NCBI GenBank assembly: GCA_963514005.1
Contig: OY740790.1
Location: 12,214,001-12,278,000 of the forward strand
Source: Raja brachyura
Taxonomy: Eukaryota
Reading direction: 5' to 3'
DNA: 64,000 nt
This document shows, piece by piece, positions 1 through 13,272 of this stretch (positions are counted from its first letter, which is position 1; every line of letters starts with the position of its first letter). The position numbers were made by a program, and so were the translations under genes. The notes beneath the pieces are model-generated. The model saw only the letters and a program-made list of their open reading frames with translations. It ran no database searches and had not been told where the DNA came from.

Positions 1-2171
1 CTTGCTTGCTTACATGGTTTAATTATTAAAATGTAACTAGCAAATCAGACTAGCTTATCTTCCCGATTTTCCTTCCCTACCTTCCCTTGCCCTCCCAGCC
101 TACTCTCACTGCCCCCCAAAAATATGTCGGGAAATGGTCTGAAGCCAAGTAAGATTGTTTTCATCCTTGGTGATGACATAGCAGAGATTGTGATCATGTG
201 CTTCTTCATGCAGAAACAAATTTAATTTAATTATATTTAAAGATACCATACAATAGTTGTTATAATAATAGCAGAGAAGAAATGGTGCTGTAATGTTGTA
301 TCATTTCGACTGGTCTCATGTAGTTCACGGGACTGAATGTCTTTGGCTTTATTTTTCTTCACTTTTCATTCCCCCTGATTTGAATTACTTGTATAACACT
401 GGCAAATAATTTATGATCAAGGATCTATGATCACCATAGAGATTTAATGATTTCCTGGACACACCGACCTGCAAGAATGTTTCAACTTTAGCAGTTGTCA
501 CACTACAATTTAAGGCTATGCTCAGCATCGAGTATTGTCTACCCCTCCCTCTGTTATAGCAGTTAGGGTGACGAAAATTCACCATTATGGAATTTACAAA
601 TCTCTACCAAAGAAATTGAGATGCAAATAAATAAACACCATGCATATAAACAATTGAGCTAGTTTACCAAACTGACTGCTCAGCCGTACACAATGAAGAA
701 TGTTGCTGGAGGGTCGACCAGCAAATAATGACAAATATTTATCATTCATTACAGAAAAAAAAGATTAGGTATTGCAATAGGAACGGAAATCAAATGCTTT
801 ACATTTTTAAAATAATGTTCAGCACATTATACAAATTTTGAATTAGTATGTCATTGAAATGGTTGTAAAAACTGGCAATACAGGGTAAAAGGGTATATGT
901 ACCAGTAGATTCTTATGCTTATTCTATAATCCACGTATTGTACAGGACCTAACATACTAACTCGTATTTCCTTGCCCAAGATTGTTTAGTCTGAGAATCA
1001 ACACATTTGGCTAATTTTAGTGTACATAGTCATAAAAGTGAATAATGCTACTTATTATCTTGATGTTGTGAATAATGCTACTTGATGTACATGTCATAAA
1101 AGTCAATAATGCTACTTATTGCTAATTATCCTTTGCAAGGTAATGAACTGTCTTCCTTATTTATTTTACTGAAATCATGTCCTCAAATTATTATAGTTTT
1201 GTACGGCTGCAATATGATTTCATGAAGTTTGTACTCTGTGCTTAGAAGGCAAACCTCCTTTGCACCTATCTACGTTTGTTGCCACTTTCTAGGAGCTATG
1301 AACTTGCACTGCAAGATCCAACTCTACATCAATGCTCATGAGGGTCCTGCCATTAATTGTATACTTTCCTCATGTATTTGGCCTTCCAAAGTGCTCACAG
1401 TTGACTGGATAAAACTCCTTCTGCCATTTCTCCATTTCTCTCTGATATACATCCTGCTGAATCCTTTGACTGCCTTCCTCACAATCTGCATCTCTGCCAA
1501 TGTTTACACCATCTGCAAAGCAGCCCACCTATGTTTTCATCCACAAACATGTCAGAGCACTGATCTCTGCGGAACACCATTAGTTACTGACCTCCAGTCA
1601 GAATAACATCTCCCCACTACGACACTCTGTCTGATATGTCCAAGCCTATTTTGAATCCAATTTACCAAGTATTTGGTCATTGTTTTTTTAAGATAAAAAA
1701 TGCAGCTACTGCACGAAAATAAACTGTTAGTTTACAAAAAAAGCAAACATTAGTTCACTAATGTCTGGTCTTTCATCTTCCTCATGTAAGGTTACACTTT
1801 AGTTTTAGAAATAATCAAGTTGCAATTTGCATAATGAAGTACAATTGAATGGAAAAAATGATGTCATTCTTCATCGTTATCCTATTTGTTAATGTTTCTT
1901 CAAAGGTGAATGTAGTACGAATTGCAGGGATCAAAGACGTTTTTTAGTATATTTTGAAAGATGATTACACTAATGTAGTTAAGGATTTTGAAGCGACTAA
2001 TGATCTGCTGTTTTCATTTCCTGTCTGTAAAAAATAAAAGTGGAACAAAGCAATGTCATCTTTACATGGATGAGGCTTTATGGATGTTCAGTATTCCAAA
2101 CATGGATTAAAATATAAATGAACGATTGCTATTTATAAAAGTTAATTATAGTATGGCTTGTTATTTTAAAG

Positions 2172-2219
2172 GTTAGAAGATATGAAAATTCATTCAAGAT
2201 CGCCATCGCAACCCTTCAG
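2172..2219 (+). CDS. CDC14A: CDC14A internal coding exon, (R)LEDMKIHSRSPSQPF(R)
   Basis: ttttaaag acceptor and ag|gtaact donor; 48 nt, phase 2-2; SQPFR matches the CDC14A C-terminal tail; in frame with the next exons. Confidence 0.85.
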
Positions 2220-4429
2220 GTAACTGTATTTAACGTCTGTCAGGCTTAAGTACATTATTAAATAATTACTGAACAGATGAAGATTAAACTGAGCTAGTTT
2301 TGAACAAAACTGCACATTTTAAATCTCCTTAAAGAATGGATTCATTGGGCACCTGAATAGTTGAATTCTAGTGATTATACTGTTTATGAAGTATACCTTT
2401 TTTACTTTTTTGCAATATTTGAAAGTTACATTTTAGGAAAAGTGAACACCCGTTTCAAGTCTGCCAACCAAACCTTGATGCAGTTTCTGTATGGTATCAG
2501 ATCTTAATTTAGAGGTAATTTCAATTCTTTCTGCTGTAAATGACACAAGGATGAAAATCTAATCCTGTCTGAGTCACTGCATGTTTTTTTTAAAAAGGGG
2601 TTACAAGAGTATTGAGTTAAAGGAATGATGCTTGGTTTTAGGGGAAGGGCCTTCAGTCATTCAAGGCTTAAGCATTGCAATTTCCAGCCTAAATATCTCA
2701 AATAGGCACAAAATACTGGAGTAGCTCTGCTTTTTGAGAAACAAGGTATCTCCGTTTTTCTTTCTGGAGGTATGGTTGCCAATGGAGAAGCACAAAGAAA
2801 TAAACCAAAAGTGCTTGACTTAGAATTTATTTCAAAGAAAGTTAGAGAAAAGTTAAAACATAATGAGATCAAGGTGTTGATGAGCTGGGAGCCACTATAG
2901 ATGAAAATGAAATGGAAGTGCAAGATTAGGGCATAGATTAGGCTCAGTTATAGAAAGTGGGAGTCGGACGAATGAAGGCAAATTAAGGGGATACCAAAAG
3001 AATGGATATGAGCTCTCATTTTGACTTGATCACAGCCTCTCTTAACATGTCAAAGAGTCTGGCTAGACTAGAGGTCACTATGAAAAGTTGTTTGATTGGA
3101 AATTACTACTTGATTCTGCAGATTATTATTGTTCACCTATAATTGTCACTACTTGACTTTCTTGCTGGTAATAAAGTATTTGTTATGTGGTTCAATCATC
3201 CTGTGTAGATTTTGATATGATTTATTTAATATAACCTCTACATTTTTAAAAATATCAAACTATTTTGATTTGTTAAACGCCTTGATTTTACATAATTGTA
3301 CCTAGGTAGTTAGGAAAACCTGCCCACGAAAAGATTCTGTATATGGTGACAACAACTGGTGGCCATAGAAAACCTGAAATGGTTAGTTTTCCAAAAGAAG
3401 TCCACGTGTCGCTAGTCTTACTGTAAAAATACATGATGCTCAGAAACTTGTGTTTCTTTCACCTGTTTGTTGGAATCTGTTATTGATTGTACTACCCTTC
3501 ATCCTTCTCAGCAGGTTTGTACTGGTTTGATACTATTTTGATCTGGATATCTTCAATAATAACTTCTGTTTCTTGGCCTCACACTTATGGACTCTCACGG
3601 ATCTATCCTTCTCTCCATTTCTGGTTGATATTGCTAGAGCATATCAACCAGCTAGAGCATACAGATTTGTCACCTTCATGCAAACAAGTCTTAGATTGCC
3701 GTCCAAGGAAATGTTGCAGAGTGGGATATCAACATCAGAATACAAGTTTGGATTTCCTTCTATTGATTTCCCTTTGCAGAATCTCCCTCCTTACCAGTGA
3801 CTCCATCTTCCTCTGGTCATCGTGGCCCAAGTTATCTCGATATAATCCTGAAAAGAGCCTAGGCATTTTTGATTTTTAGCTCCTTTAAAACTGAAATCCT
3901 TGTATGTAATCTTTAGACTCAACTATTCTAATAGCTGCCTTGATTTCTACTCAATGCCAATTCTCCCTTTTTATTCTTCAACCAAAAACCACAGCCTTTC
4001 CTATCCTTCACAGGCTTTCAGTTTCCTGCCATTTTAATTCCACAGTTCTCATTTTAAACGTTAAGCCTTCCTGAGACCTATTCTCACCCTAGCTGTACTG
4101 AACCTAGCCAGCTCAGTAACTGTTTGATTGTGGTTTTCTCATCTTACTTGCTCAATTGGATTATGTCCATCTTTTTTTTGGTTATTCTATTGTGAATGTT
4201 TTGCTGTATCTCTCGAACATCTCACCATGTCAAAATCTTATGTGCCAATATTTTGAGCATATTTTCTGAAAATCTGATTTTTTTTTCCATGTCTAGCAGT
4301 ATCTTTTGATTTTATATGATAATTCAAAACAAAATGTGTCCCTATTTTCATTTGCAACAAGACTTGAGTGCTGGAATTTTCAAATTTGCTTTGCTATTAG
4401 CTAGGGACTGTGTAGGTAAATCTCCTGGT

Positions 4430-4781
4430 GGCTCAGCACTTCAACTCCCCCTCCCATACCGAATCCGACCTTTCTGCCCTGGGCCTCCTCCATGGCTAGA
4501 GTTAGTCCCACCGCAAATTGTAGGAGCAGCACTTCATATTTTGCTTGGGTAGTTTACACCCCAGTGGTATGAACATTGACTTCTCCAATGTCAGGTAGTC
4601 CTTGCTTTCTCCCTCTTTTCCCTCCCCTTCCTAACTCTCCCACAGCCTACTGTCTCTACTTCTTCCTTTCTTCTTCCTACCCCCACCCACCCCGACATCA
4701 GTCTGAAGAAGGATCTTGACCCGAAACGTCACCTTTTCCTTCGCCTCACCTGCTGAGTTTCTCCAGCATTTTTATCTACCT
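4430..4781 (+). mobile_element. Penelope-like element 3' fragment (end of GIY-YIG ORF plus pLTR with hammerhead motif at 4703-4730)
   Basis: Same sequence family as 60488-61045; CTGAAGA-stem-GAAACGTC motif. Confidence 0.7.
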
Positions 4782-5411
4782 TTCCTACTGTTATCAGACT
4801 CTTGAATGGACCTCTCATAAACTAAGAATGCATTTGCAATCTTCCGATCTACCTTGTTGCGGCCCTTGAATTTTTTTGTTTATCTGCAATTTCTCTGCAG
4901 CTGTAATACCATACTGCACTCCGTTTTCTTCCTTTTTTTGCACTGCCTGTTACTCTCATGTAGGGTTTTATTGCACAGAATGACTTGCCTGGACACCATG
5001 CAAAACAAAGTTTTCACTGTATCTCATGGTACTCATGACAATAGTAAACCAATATCAGATTAAGGTCCACAAGCAACTGTCTGATTATTTAAGTTTATTT
5101 CTAAACATGCAAATCATTATGAAAAATTATTGGTTCACCGTAATCTAAAAATCCTATTGACTCTCAAGGTGAAATTAATTTAGAGAATTCTAATTCATTA
5201 CAATTAATTGATTTTCATATTGCACATTAAAGACCGCAACTAATAACATAATCTTTATTGTGTTTTCTTGTTGTGGCTTCTTGACTTCAATAATTGTGAA
5301 ACAGAGGTCAGATTTAGAAAACAAATGCAATGATTCACATGGATAATATTTTTGTTTATGATCTGCTATTGTAATTTAAGCAAATTTAATTGTGCTGCAA
5401 TATTTTAACAG

Positions 5412-5537
5412 GATCAATTATTCAAGTACTGGGCAAGGATCAATGTCACCTCTGAAATCATCAAAGATCTCAATTGCTTCTGCAAGTCCGAGGAGAATTA
5501 ACAGAAGCCCCTCGCCCTTAAACAGTAATAACAAAAG
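5412..5537 (+). CDS. CDC14A: CDC14A internal coding exon, INYSSTGQGSMSPLKSSKISIASASPRRINRSPSPLNSNNK
   Basis: ttttaacag acceptor and ag|gtgaaa donor; 126 nt, phase 2-2; resembles the human segment ..LKTSKMALSPSATAKRINR.. Confidence 0.85.
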
Positions 5538-6151
5538 GTGAAACGTTTTTATTTTTAATAAGATAATGTCTGAAAAGCCTTAATTTAATTACATAAGCAC
5601 CCAAGCTAAATACATTATTGTTGTTCCCTCATCAAAACATGGGTAAATTTACTTGATATGTAAGTTGACTTTAAAAAAATGTACCTGCTTTTTATTAACA
5701 TGGAATACAGTATACCATTGAATTATTCAAACGACAAAGAGTAGACTAAATTGCAGAAAAAGTTCATATTTAATTGCTGTTTTATTTTATATAATCGACT
5801 CAGTTGTTATAATGATGGATGCTGTTTATTGCCCGAGTTTCTCAGACATGGAAGGGTAGTGAAGTAAAGATTTGGGAAGTCAGAAAATCTTGCTTTGTTT
5901 CTATCAAATGTCTCAAATTATACCGGATCAGTTGCGCTACAAGGGACCAAATGGCATATTGATGACCCTTATCGAGGCTCGCATTGAGTTTGGCTACATT
6001 GGCTGAACTAGCAAGAGTAGTTGGATTTGTTTTTAAGTAAGTGAAGTATGATGCACGTATTTGTAGTTAAGAATAATTAGAGAGTATTGTGGCAAATTTA
6101 CGCATTCAAAAGAACATAGCAGCTTTTTTTAGTAGCTGAAACCCTGCTTTC

Positions 6152-6780
6152 TCAAGGTCAGTTTATTGTCACATGTACCAATTAAGGTACAGTGAAATTC
6201 AAATTACCATGCAGCCAAACTTAAAAAAGCAACCAAACACACAACTACATCAATGTTGACATAAACGTCCACCACAGCGGATTCCCCACGTTCCTCACTG
6301 TGATGGGAGGCAATAAAGTTCAATCTTTTTCCTCTTATATTCTCCCGCGGTCGGGGCAGTCGAACCATCCACAGTCTCGGCGATCGATGCTCCCGCAGCC
6401 GGAGGTCGAAGCCTCCGTGTTGGGGCGATCGAAGCTCCTGCGTCGGGGCGGTCGAAATTCCTGCACCTTGGAGTTCCCGAAGTCGGTCTCTGACTAGAGA
6501 TCGCGAGCTCCTTTATGTTAAAGTCCCGCAGACTCCCGTGGTGGAGCTCAGAGGTCGATCCTTAGTAAACGGATTGCGGGCTCCGTGATGTAAAAGTCCA
6601 CAGGTACCCGCGGTGGAGCTCTCAAAATTGGTCTCCGGCAAAGGCCGTCAACTCCTCGATGTTAGGCGGCAGTGCGGACGGAGATACAATATGGAACAAA
6701 ATCGCATCTCCGTTAAGGTAAGAGATTAGAACTTTTCCCCCAACTCTCCCCATTTCCCCCCCCCACATAAAACAAGCGCC
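6152..6780 (-). mobile_element. CpG-rich non-autonomous retroposon with LINE-like 3' tail
   Basis: The tail 'tttattgtcacatgtacc..ggtacagtgaaa' is shared with other repeats in the window; CpG-rich, internally repetitive body inside an AT-rich intron. Confidence 0.4.
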
Positions 6781-7301
6781 ACCCGGTGGTGACTGTTCTT
6801 ATCCAAGGACAGAGGAATTGTCTAAGTGAAATAGAAAGATTAATCGATGGCCTCTGTCTCTACCAAGACCTATACCGCATAAATGTGTTTATTGAAAATG
6901 TATGTAAACACTCAGAATTAATATCATACAAAACTTTGGAAGTGGTTCAGTTCTTCCTTCATAATGAAACTGCTTCTGAAAATTCTTCATGAATCATGTT
7001 TATTGAATCTATCATGGGTAACGTTCTGTATTTTAATTTTTTGCAAGGCTTATTTTTGGAAGGCTTAGATGTTTAACTTAATCATTTTGAGAAACTGCTG
7101 ATAAATGCCAAGCAATTAATGTAACCTAACAGGCCCTCGAAGATTTCAAAATGTTTTCTTCGGTTTGTTATTAAGTTTATTAACATTTCTATTAGTAGTA
7201 CCGTGTTCTAGTTCACCTGATTTTGGTGTTCTTGAATAGTCGAGAATTGAATAGTCAATTGAATTTGAACAACATATTGTAGCCTTGGTTTTCCAGTGTG
7301 G

Positions 7302-8429
7302 TGCACCGAGGTGGCACAGTGGTAGAGTTGCTGCCTTACAGTGCTTGAGACCCGGGTTCGATACTGACTGGGTGCTGTCTGTACAGAGTTAATTCTCTCT
7401 GTGATCGTGTGGGTTTTTGTCCGGGTGCTCCAGTTTCCTCCCACACTCCAAAGACATGCAGGTTTGTAGGATAATTGGCTTCTGTAAATTGTCTCTACTG
7501 TGTAGGGCAGCGTTTCTCAACCGAGGTTCCCCGAAACGCTAGGATTCCGCGAGAGGTCTCTAGGGGTTCCGAGCGAAATAGTGATAAACTAGACCAGACC
7601 CGCGAACCGGATGCGGCCCACGAAGGGAGCCAGACAAACGGGCTGGCCATCATCCCGCATGACTGACATCAGGCTGGCCCTGTAGGAGAAGGGACCACCA
7701 TCTGGGCAGTCAGCTGTGGCCAATGAGGGAGGGGGTGGGTGGGCGCTGAGTGGAGTTAGGCTGCGCGTTGCGGAGCGGCAGGGTGCTGGGTTTGAATGCT
7801 GTGAGGAAACAAAAACAACATTGCAGCAGGGCGGGCTGCACGATGGATACTTTTCTCTTTACACTGTGGAGCAGCATGGCGGAGGAGAGAGCTCAGCCGA
7901 AAGCAAAGCATCTCTGTTCTAGGCCCTTCCCAGTCTCCCGATCGTCCCAGAAACCCGCACTGACTGGGTAAGGTCTCTCTTGGATGCCAGCGCTAACGAT
8001 TTGTTTAGTTACGTCTATATTTGTGTCTGCTAATGTTTGATTTCAAATGGTTTATTAACGGAAAGGATGTGGCTCCCAAAACCATCTTAGCCAAAAGAGC
8101 ATCGTTTTTTCTCTCTCTCATCACAATTTTCTTGTAGCCTATGATTGTAAGTTAAGACCAATCATGAAATTAATGCTTGCTAGGCAATCTTCTTTATAAG
8201 AACTCGTAAAAGGGTAAACACTTTGTAGTTATGACACATGAGGTTGAAAAAACGAAGGCAACGAACCCTGTGGGAGTGTGCGATCGCGCGTACACAACTG
8301 ATCCAGCCCGCGTGAAGTCGCATTTTGCCCAATCCAGCCCGTGACCTAAAATGAGTTTGACACCCGTGAACTAGACCCGGCATGAACTCGGTGGGCCAAA
8401 GGGCCTGTTTCCACACTGTACCTCTAAAC
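7302..8429 (+). mobile_element. tRNA-derived HE1/V-SINE split by nested hAT-type insertions
   Basis: A/B-box head (gtggtagag..., gggttcgat) and V-like core at 7302-7507; SINE 3' part (ctcggtgggccaaagggcctgtttcc) resumes near 8377. Confidence 0.75.
7595..8368. mobile_element. hAT (Charlie-like) non-autonomous DNA transposon
   Basis: 8-bp TSD aactagac at 7587-7594 and 8369-8376; right end gagtttgacacccgtg is the reverse complement of a CA-GGGTGTCAAAC hAT TIR. Confidence 0.7.
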
Positions 8430-8893
8430 AAAAATGCAGAATTTGAAGTGTTCATCACCTCAGTTTGTTGTTCTACTAAATATGTGAATTAATCTTTTTG
8501 GTAAGCATTAAGCAAAAATTCCAAAAAATAATCATCTTTAGAGCATGGTATTATAAATTTCTAAACATTTATGCAAATTGCAACATTTTTTGCTGGGAGA
8601 TGAATCTTTGTTAATGCGTGAATGGCTGTCATTGTCTTCCTTCTAGAACATCTAGTATGTATTGTCATAATGTGACATTTGAAATGGTAAGATTTAACAG
8701 CTAAAAATGTTTGTCACAAAGTTATTGAATGTGATTACAGCTGTGAGTTTAAAAGGTTGAATATTTTTACACCATGTTTTAGCATATGAAGTATATATTT
8801 GATAAATGTTTCATGTGAATGCTTTTTTGTTTCATCTTAATTGTTTTCCATGTGCATTATGTCCTGTTTCCCCATTGTCTGTTTCCCATTTAG

Positions 8894-9215
8894 CTTCTCC
8901 ATAAACTCCAGGCTAGGCAGTTCACTAGGGAATCTGTATGCTGCCCCTGATGAACCTGACAACTTCATGACATCAACTCCTAGGCAAAGTTTTGCAGCTG
9001 GTTATTCCACCAACCAGCCGTATAACAACTCGCAGATTCCTGCGAGATTGTACCAAGAACTGAATAACAACAACTACTACAGCAAATCCAACAGTGGCAC
9101 TTCCTGCACTGTCCCCATCAATCCTTGTTCCCGTCCGAAAGACGATTACATCTGTAGAACCACCTACGGTGGCCTCAGTCCTGGCAACATGCGATACCTA
9201 AGTCGCTCGCATCCC
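8894..9215 (+). CDS. CDC14A: CDC14A penultimate coding exon, SFSINSRLGSSLGNLY...ELNNN...RYLSRSHP
   Basis: catttag acceptor and ccc|gtaagt donor; closely resembles human SFSINSRLASSLGNL...ELNNN...RFLSRSIP. Confidence 0.93.
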
Positions 9216-12200
9216 GTAAGTTTACATGCATTTGTGCTTTACAAGCTGTCATAAAAGGTTTTCATTGTTTTTCCATTTATTGAGGTAAAATGGCATCTTG
9301 TATGTGGAGTAGCTAAAACAGTGCTCTTCGCTTTGAATTTTAATTTACATAAAAATGTGCTCATTTATCAGAATTTTATTTTTTTTAAATCATAATTGCC
9401 ATGTGACTACTGCAAAATTGTGCTCCGCTGGGATGCCATCGAAATCAATTACTTGATTAAAACTTTATGTCAAGCCACCTTGCATGTAGGTGAGAAGCAG
9501 TCTCCTGAAATCCATTCAAATCTGTGTCAGTAAAGAACTAATGCTTCACAGATGATATGACTCAAGATTTAGGGTGGTTTTAATTAAGAATTAATCTTTT
9601 GACCTCCCAGACTTTATATTTTACTCTGCTTATTGCATTTGACTTCGTGGATTTTTTTTTCAGTTCTTGTCTTTAACAAAATAGAATAATTTTAATATAC
9701 ATAAAATTATATTTACCCCTTAAAATAAATTACCAGCAGACGGTGTAGATATAAGAAACTGCAGGTGTTAGTTTACCAATAAAGTGTCTTTTTACAGCAG
9801 GTAGTGTGAACCCTCCTCTTAGTTCTACTTAAATAACTTTGTGTGATGTTTGTGTGTATGTCCTGCCCCAAACCCTGCATTACATAATTTACTTTACGGA
9901 CTGATGATCTAGCATGACAGTGTAACTGTGCTAACCATATGCAATTAGCATTACGGAGACCCACATTAGGAAGGGGGGGGGGATTTATCTTCCATTAAAT
10001 TGTCTTTTCACCATGTTTAGCTGTCACCTGCAGATGAATTTCCAATCAAAGAACAATGCGACATGCATTCCAGAAAACTGGCTAACAATGTCACTTGTAT
10101 AATAGTACTCAAATCTTGGTTTAACTCCTTCAGTCTGCTGGAATGCTTTGATATGCCAACCACTTTCCACACTGCCTTCCATGTTATTATCCTGAAACAT
10201 AGAAGGTAGGGTGGTCAGTTTATCAATTCATGCTTGAGTGGGGTGGGGATGAAAGGTGGAAGAGACCAGACACCGTCTCGTTAGAAATAGGTGGATAGAC
10301 ACCCTATCATTCTACCATTCATTATCTTGAAACGTAGAAGGTAGGGTGGCCAGTTTATCAATTCATGATACTGTCCATCTGTGGAAAACTGTTCCCAAGG
10401 TTAATACATTACTCCAGATCAAACTATAAACAGTAGTTAACTGCAGGAAAGTCTTGTAGATGTAATTTGTGTTCTTGTTTGCATCATGTTTTTTACATCC
10501 TCATTAATTTTTAATCCTGAAAAACGAAATGCATTTTGTAAATGTACTGAAGTCTTCATGAGTGCAATGATCTCCTTGAGGTATAACACCAATTGCTTGG
10601 TAATTCGGTTTATCATTTTGAGCAGTAGATGTTTTTCACTGAAACACAATTCTACTTACTAATATGGCGTTGAATAACCTTTTAAAGTGCTATTTATAAA
10701 GCACTTTGCTATGTATTCATCGTGACCTAGAGGAGTTGAAATATGTATACTTCCAGTCAATCATTTCTAATTACCAAGATCCTGATCACTCTTTTGCCCT
10801 AAAGTTTTTTGTGTGATTAAATATGCACTACCATATATAGAACTGTAAATGTGTCATGTATTATTATCACTTCACATGCTTTTTTATGTCGGTTCAAAGC
10901 AAGTCAGACACTTGCTGAAGAAGTCTATATCTTTCAGTCCTTGCACTATTCCCCTTCCCCTCTCTGTTCATACCATCCTCTGCTAGATCTGCTGCAATTA
11001 GCAAGGCTTCACCAGCCTATCTCACACTAGTCCACAATTTCTATCAGTTGATATCTCTTGTCTCCAACCCATCTCAGATATTCCTTCTCTCTTCTGAAAC
11101 GGCATTTACCTGAAACATTAGCAGTTTCTTTCTCTACCAATGCTGCCAGGATTGCTGAATATTTCTGTATTTTCCATTTTGATTTCAGATTTCCCACATT
11201 TGCAGTATTTTGCTTTCTAGTTTTGCACCTTTTTGGGTCCAGAACTGTAACCATTTTAGGTATGTGTGTTGCTACTTGCAAGAAAGAAATAAGCCAATGT
11301 AGACAAGTTAAATGGATTCCCTTTTGGTCGATGTTATAACATTTTTGTTTATATTTGGAGAATGTACGAAATGAGGAAGACCAGACAAATCTATTCTAAT
11401 TTAAGAAATGAGCAAGCAAAAAATTATGAGTTTGGCTGCTCAGTGAGCAGTAGTGAAAGTCCCTCCATTCTGAAGGTTGATCTGTGAAGTTAACAGTTTT
11501 GTGATGTTTCAGTTTTTGTGGACAATTCAGAAAACAAGTGATTTTTCACTAATTTAAATTAATTATTAACACTTTAATGATTTGTGATGCAGAAGAAGGC
11601 CTTTCGGCCCATCATGTCAGACAAAAACTGTATTCGACCTAATGCTTTCTCTTCGCACTTGAGCTGGAGCCCGCAGGTCCATGACTCTTCAAATACACTC
11701 CGAAAGTAATGAGTGACAGCATTTTCTTCATCCCTCCCCTCTAAGCTTTTACCAAGTACTTAAAAACAAAACCTAAGAGGTTTGAACTCTGTTACTAAGA
11801 AAAGTAGATCCTTCCTATTCAGAGTAATCAAATACGATGTTTGTCTCCTTTTTCCTGGTCAGAGCTTCAACATCTCTTTTGAGGGTTCCTTAAAATTGCC
11901 TGCGTTTCACTTCACCCTGACAGGAACATGCTGCCCCTATGCAAGAATTGGTCCTAATGCAAAAAAATGGACTAACCCAGTGTGCCAGCTTGATCGGCAC
12001 GGGCAATGTGGGCCAAAGGGCCTGTTTCCGTGCTGTTTAACTCTACGACTCTACATTTTCTGGGCACTTTGTAACTTTTCATACCCAAATTGTGTATTTC
12101 TTAAGCTTTATCTTTCAACGAACACAACCTTAACCTCTGAAATATTTAATCATAGCTACAATTTTTCAATACTTGCAATGTCCTCCTAAATTTTCTTTGA

Positions 12201-13242
12201 GCTCTCTCGAAAACAATTGCATCTTATCTGTAATACAACCAGAGCCACTGTACTTAATCTTTTGGCTCAGTAATGTCACATATAGTTCCAGAGTAACATC
12301 CCTGCTCATATAATCTCTAGCTCAGCTAACAAAGAAAATGGTTCACTTTTATGACTAAACTGCTGCTGGGATCTAATCAAAACCTTTGCTAAAATCTATG
12401 TGGAGCACATCAAATCCTTCTTGTTACCTCGTTGAAAAATTCAATTAAGTTAGACAATATGAGGCTTCTGTTAAATGCATTGTCTCTTTCTAAATTAAAG
12501 CACATTCTTTTTCCTTGAATAGATTTTAATGATTAATCTCTTTCTAAATGTAAGCACATTATTCTCCTTTTAGAATAGATGTTAATAGTTTTCTAACCAC
12601 CAAACTTAAGATAGCCGTCTTAAAATTACTTAATGTATCCCCTCCTGTCTTAAATAACATATGCAGCTAAATTAAATGGTGTCCCTTGAATAATAGACCC
12701 TTAGTTAAGTTTTCTTAATTAAGTTCTTATCTGAACTCTTAGTTTTATTTCCTTTTTCTACTAAAGATATGAATTCCTTTCTACAACATGATTAAATAAT
12801 TGAAAAGTTAGCCTCCCATTCTTTTTCTAGCACCAAATATCCAACCAGCAACAGTGAGGCTGGATGTTGAGTTTGGATGTATTTAATGGCGGTATCCATA
12901 ATCTCGCAGTTTTCTAAACTCAAGCCAACATCTGTTGTGGATCTCCAGACGAGAATGCAAAGAGTCTGGACCAGGAACTCTTCCAAGTCTTTCCCCTACT
13001 TTTCATCCCAGTATTTCTATTTTGAGCTCTGCTGGTTTGCCTCTCCCCTACAATTCAATCTGGCTAAGTGTTTAAAAACTCGACGGTTCAACCTGGCTGA
13101 GTGTTAACAACCCTAGAGTCAATCCTTTGAGCATGCACAGTGCATTGATTTTGTTGATGTGCTATTGAACACTTTCAAATGTTCCTGTAACATTCAAAAA
13201 TTATATATAAATGTTCTTAGCTGAAGTTTTTTTCTTTTACAG

Positions 13243-13272
13243 TCACTTCAGTCTGAATATGTTCAGTACTAA
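13243..13272 (+). CDS. CDC14A: CDC14A terminal coding exon, SLQSEYVQY*
   Basis: Polypyrimidine tract then cag acceptor, phase 0; matches the human C-terminus SLQSEYVHY. Confidence 0.93.
   Translation, partial: SLQSEYVQY

Noticed and set aside
385-585. MVNF..NC.NRG start resembling a THAP N-terminus
   Set aside because: Lacks the first Cys and the CSxHF motif, and no termini were found
7302-7370. tRNA gene
   Set aside because: It is the tRNA-derived head of a SINE and continues into the SINE core
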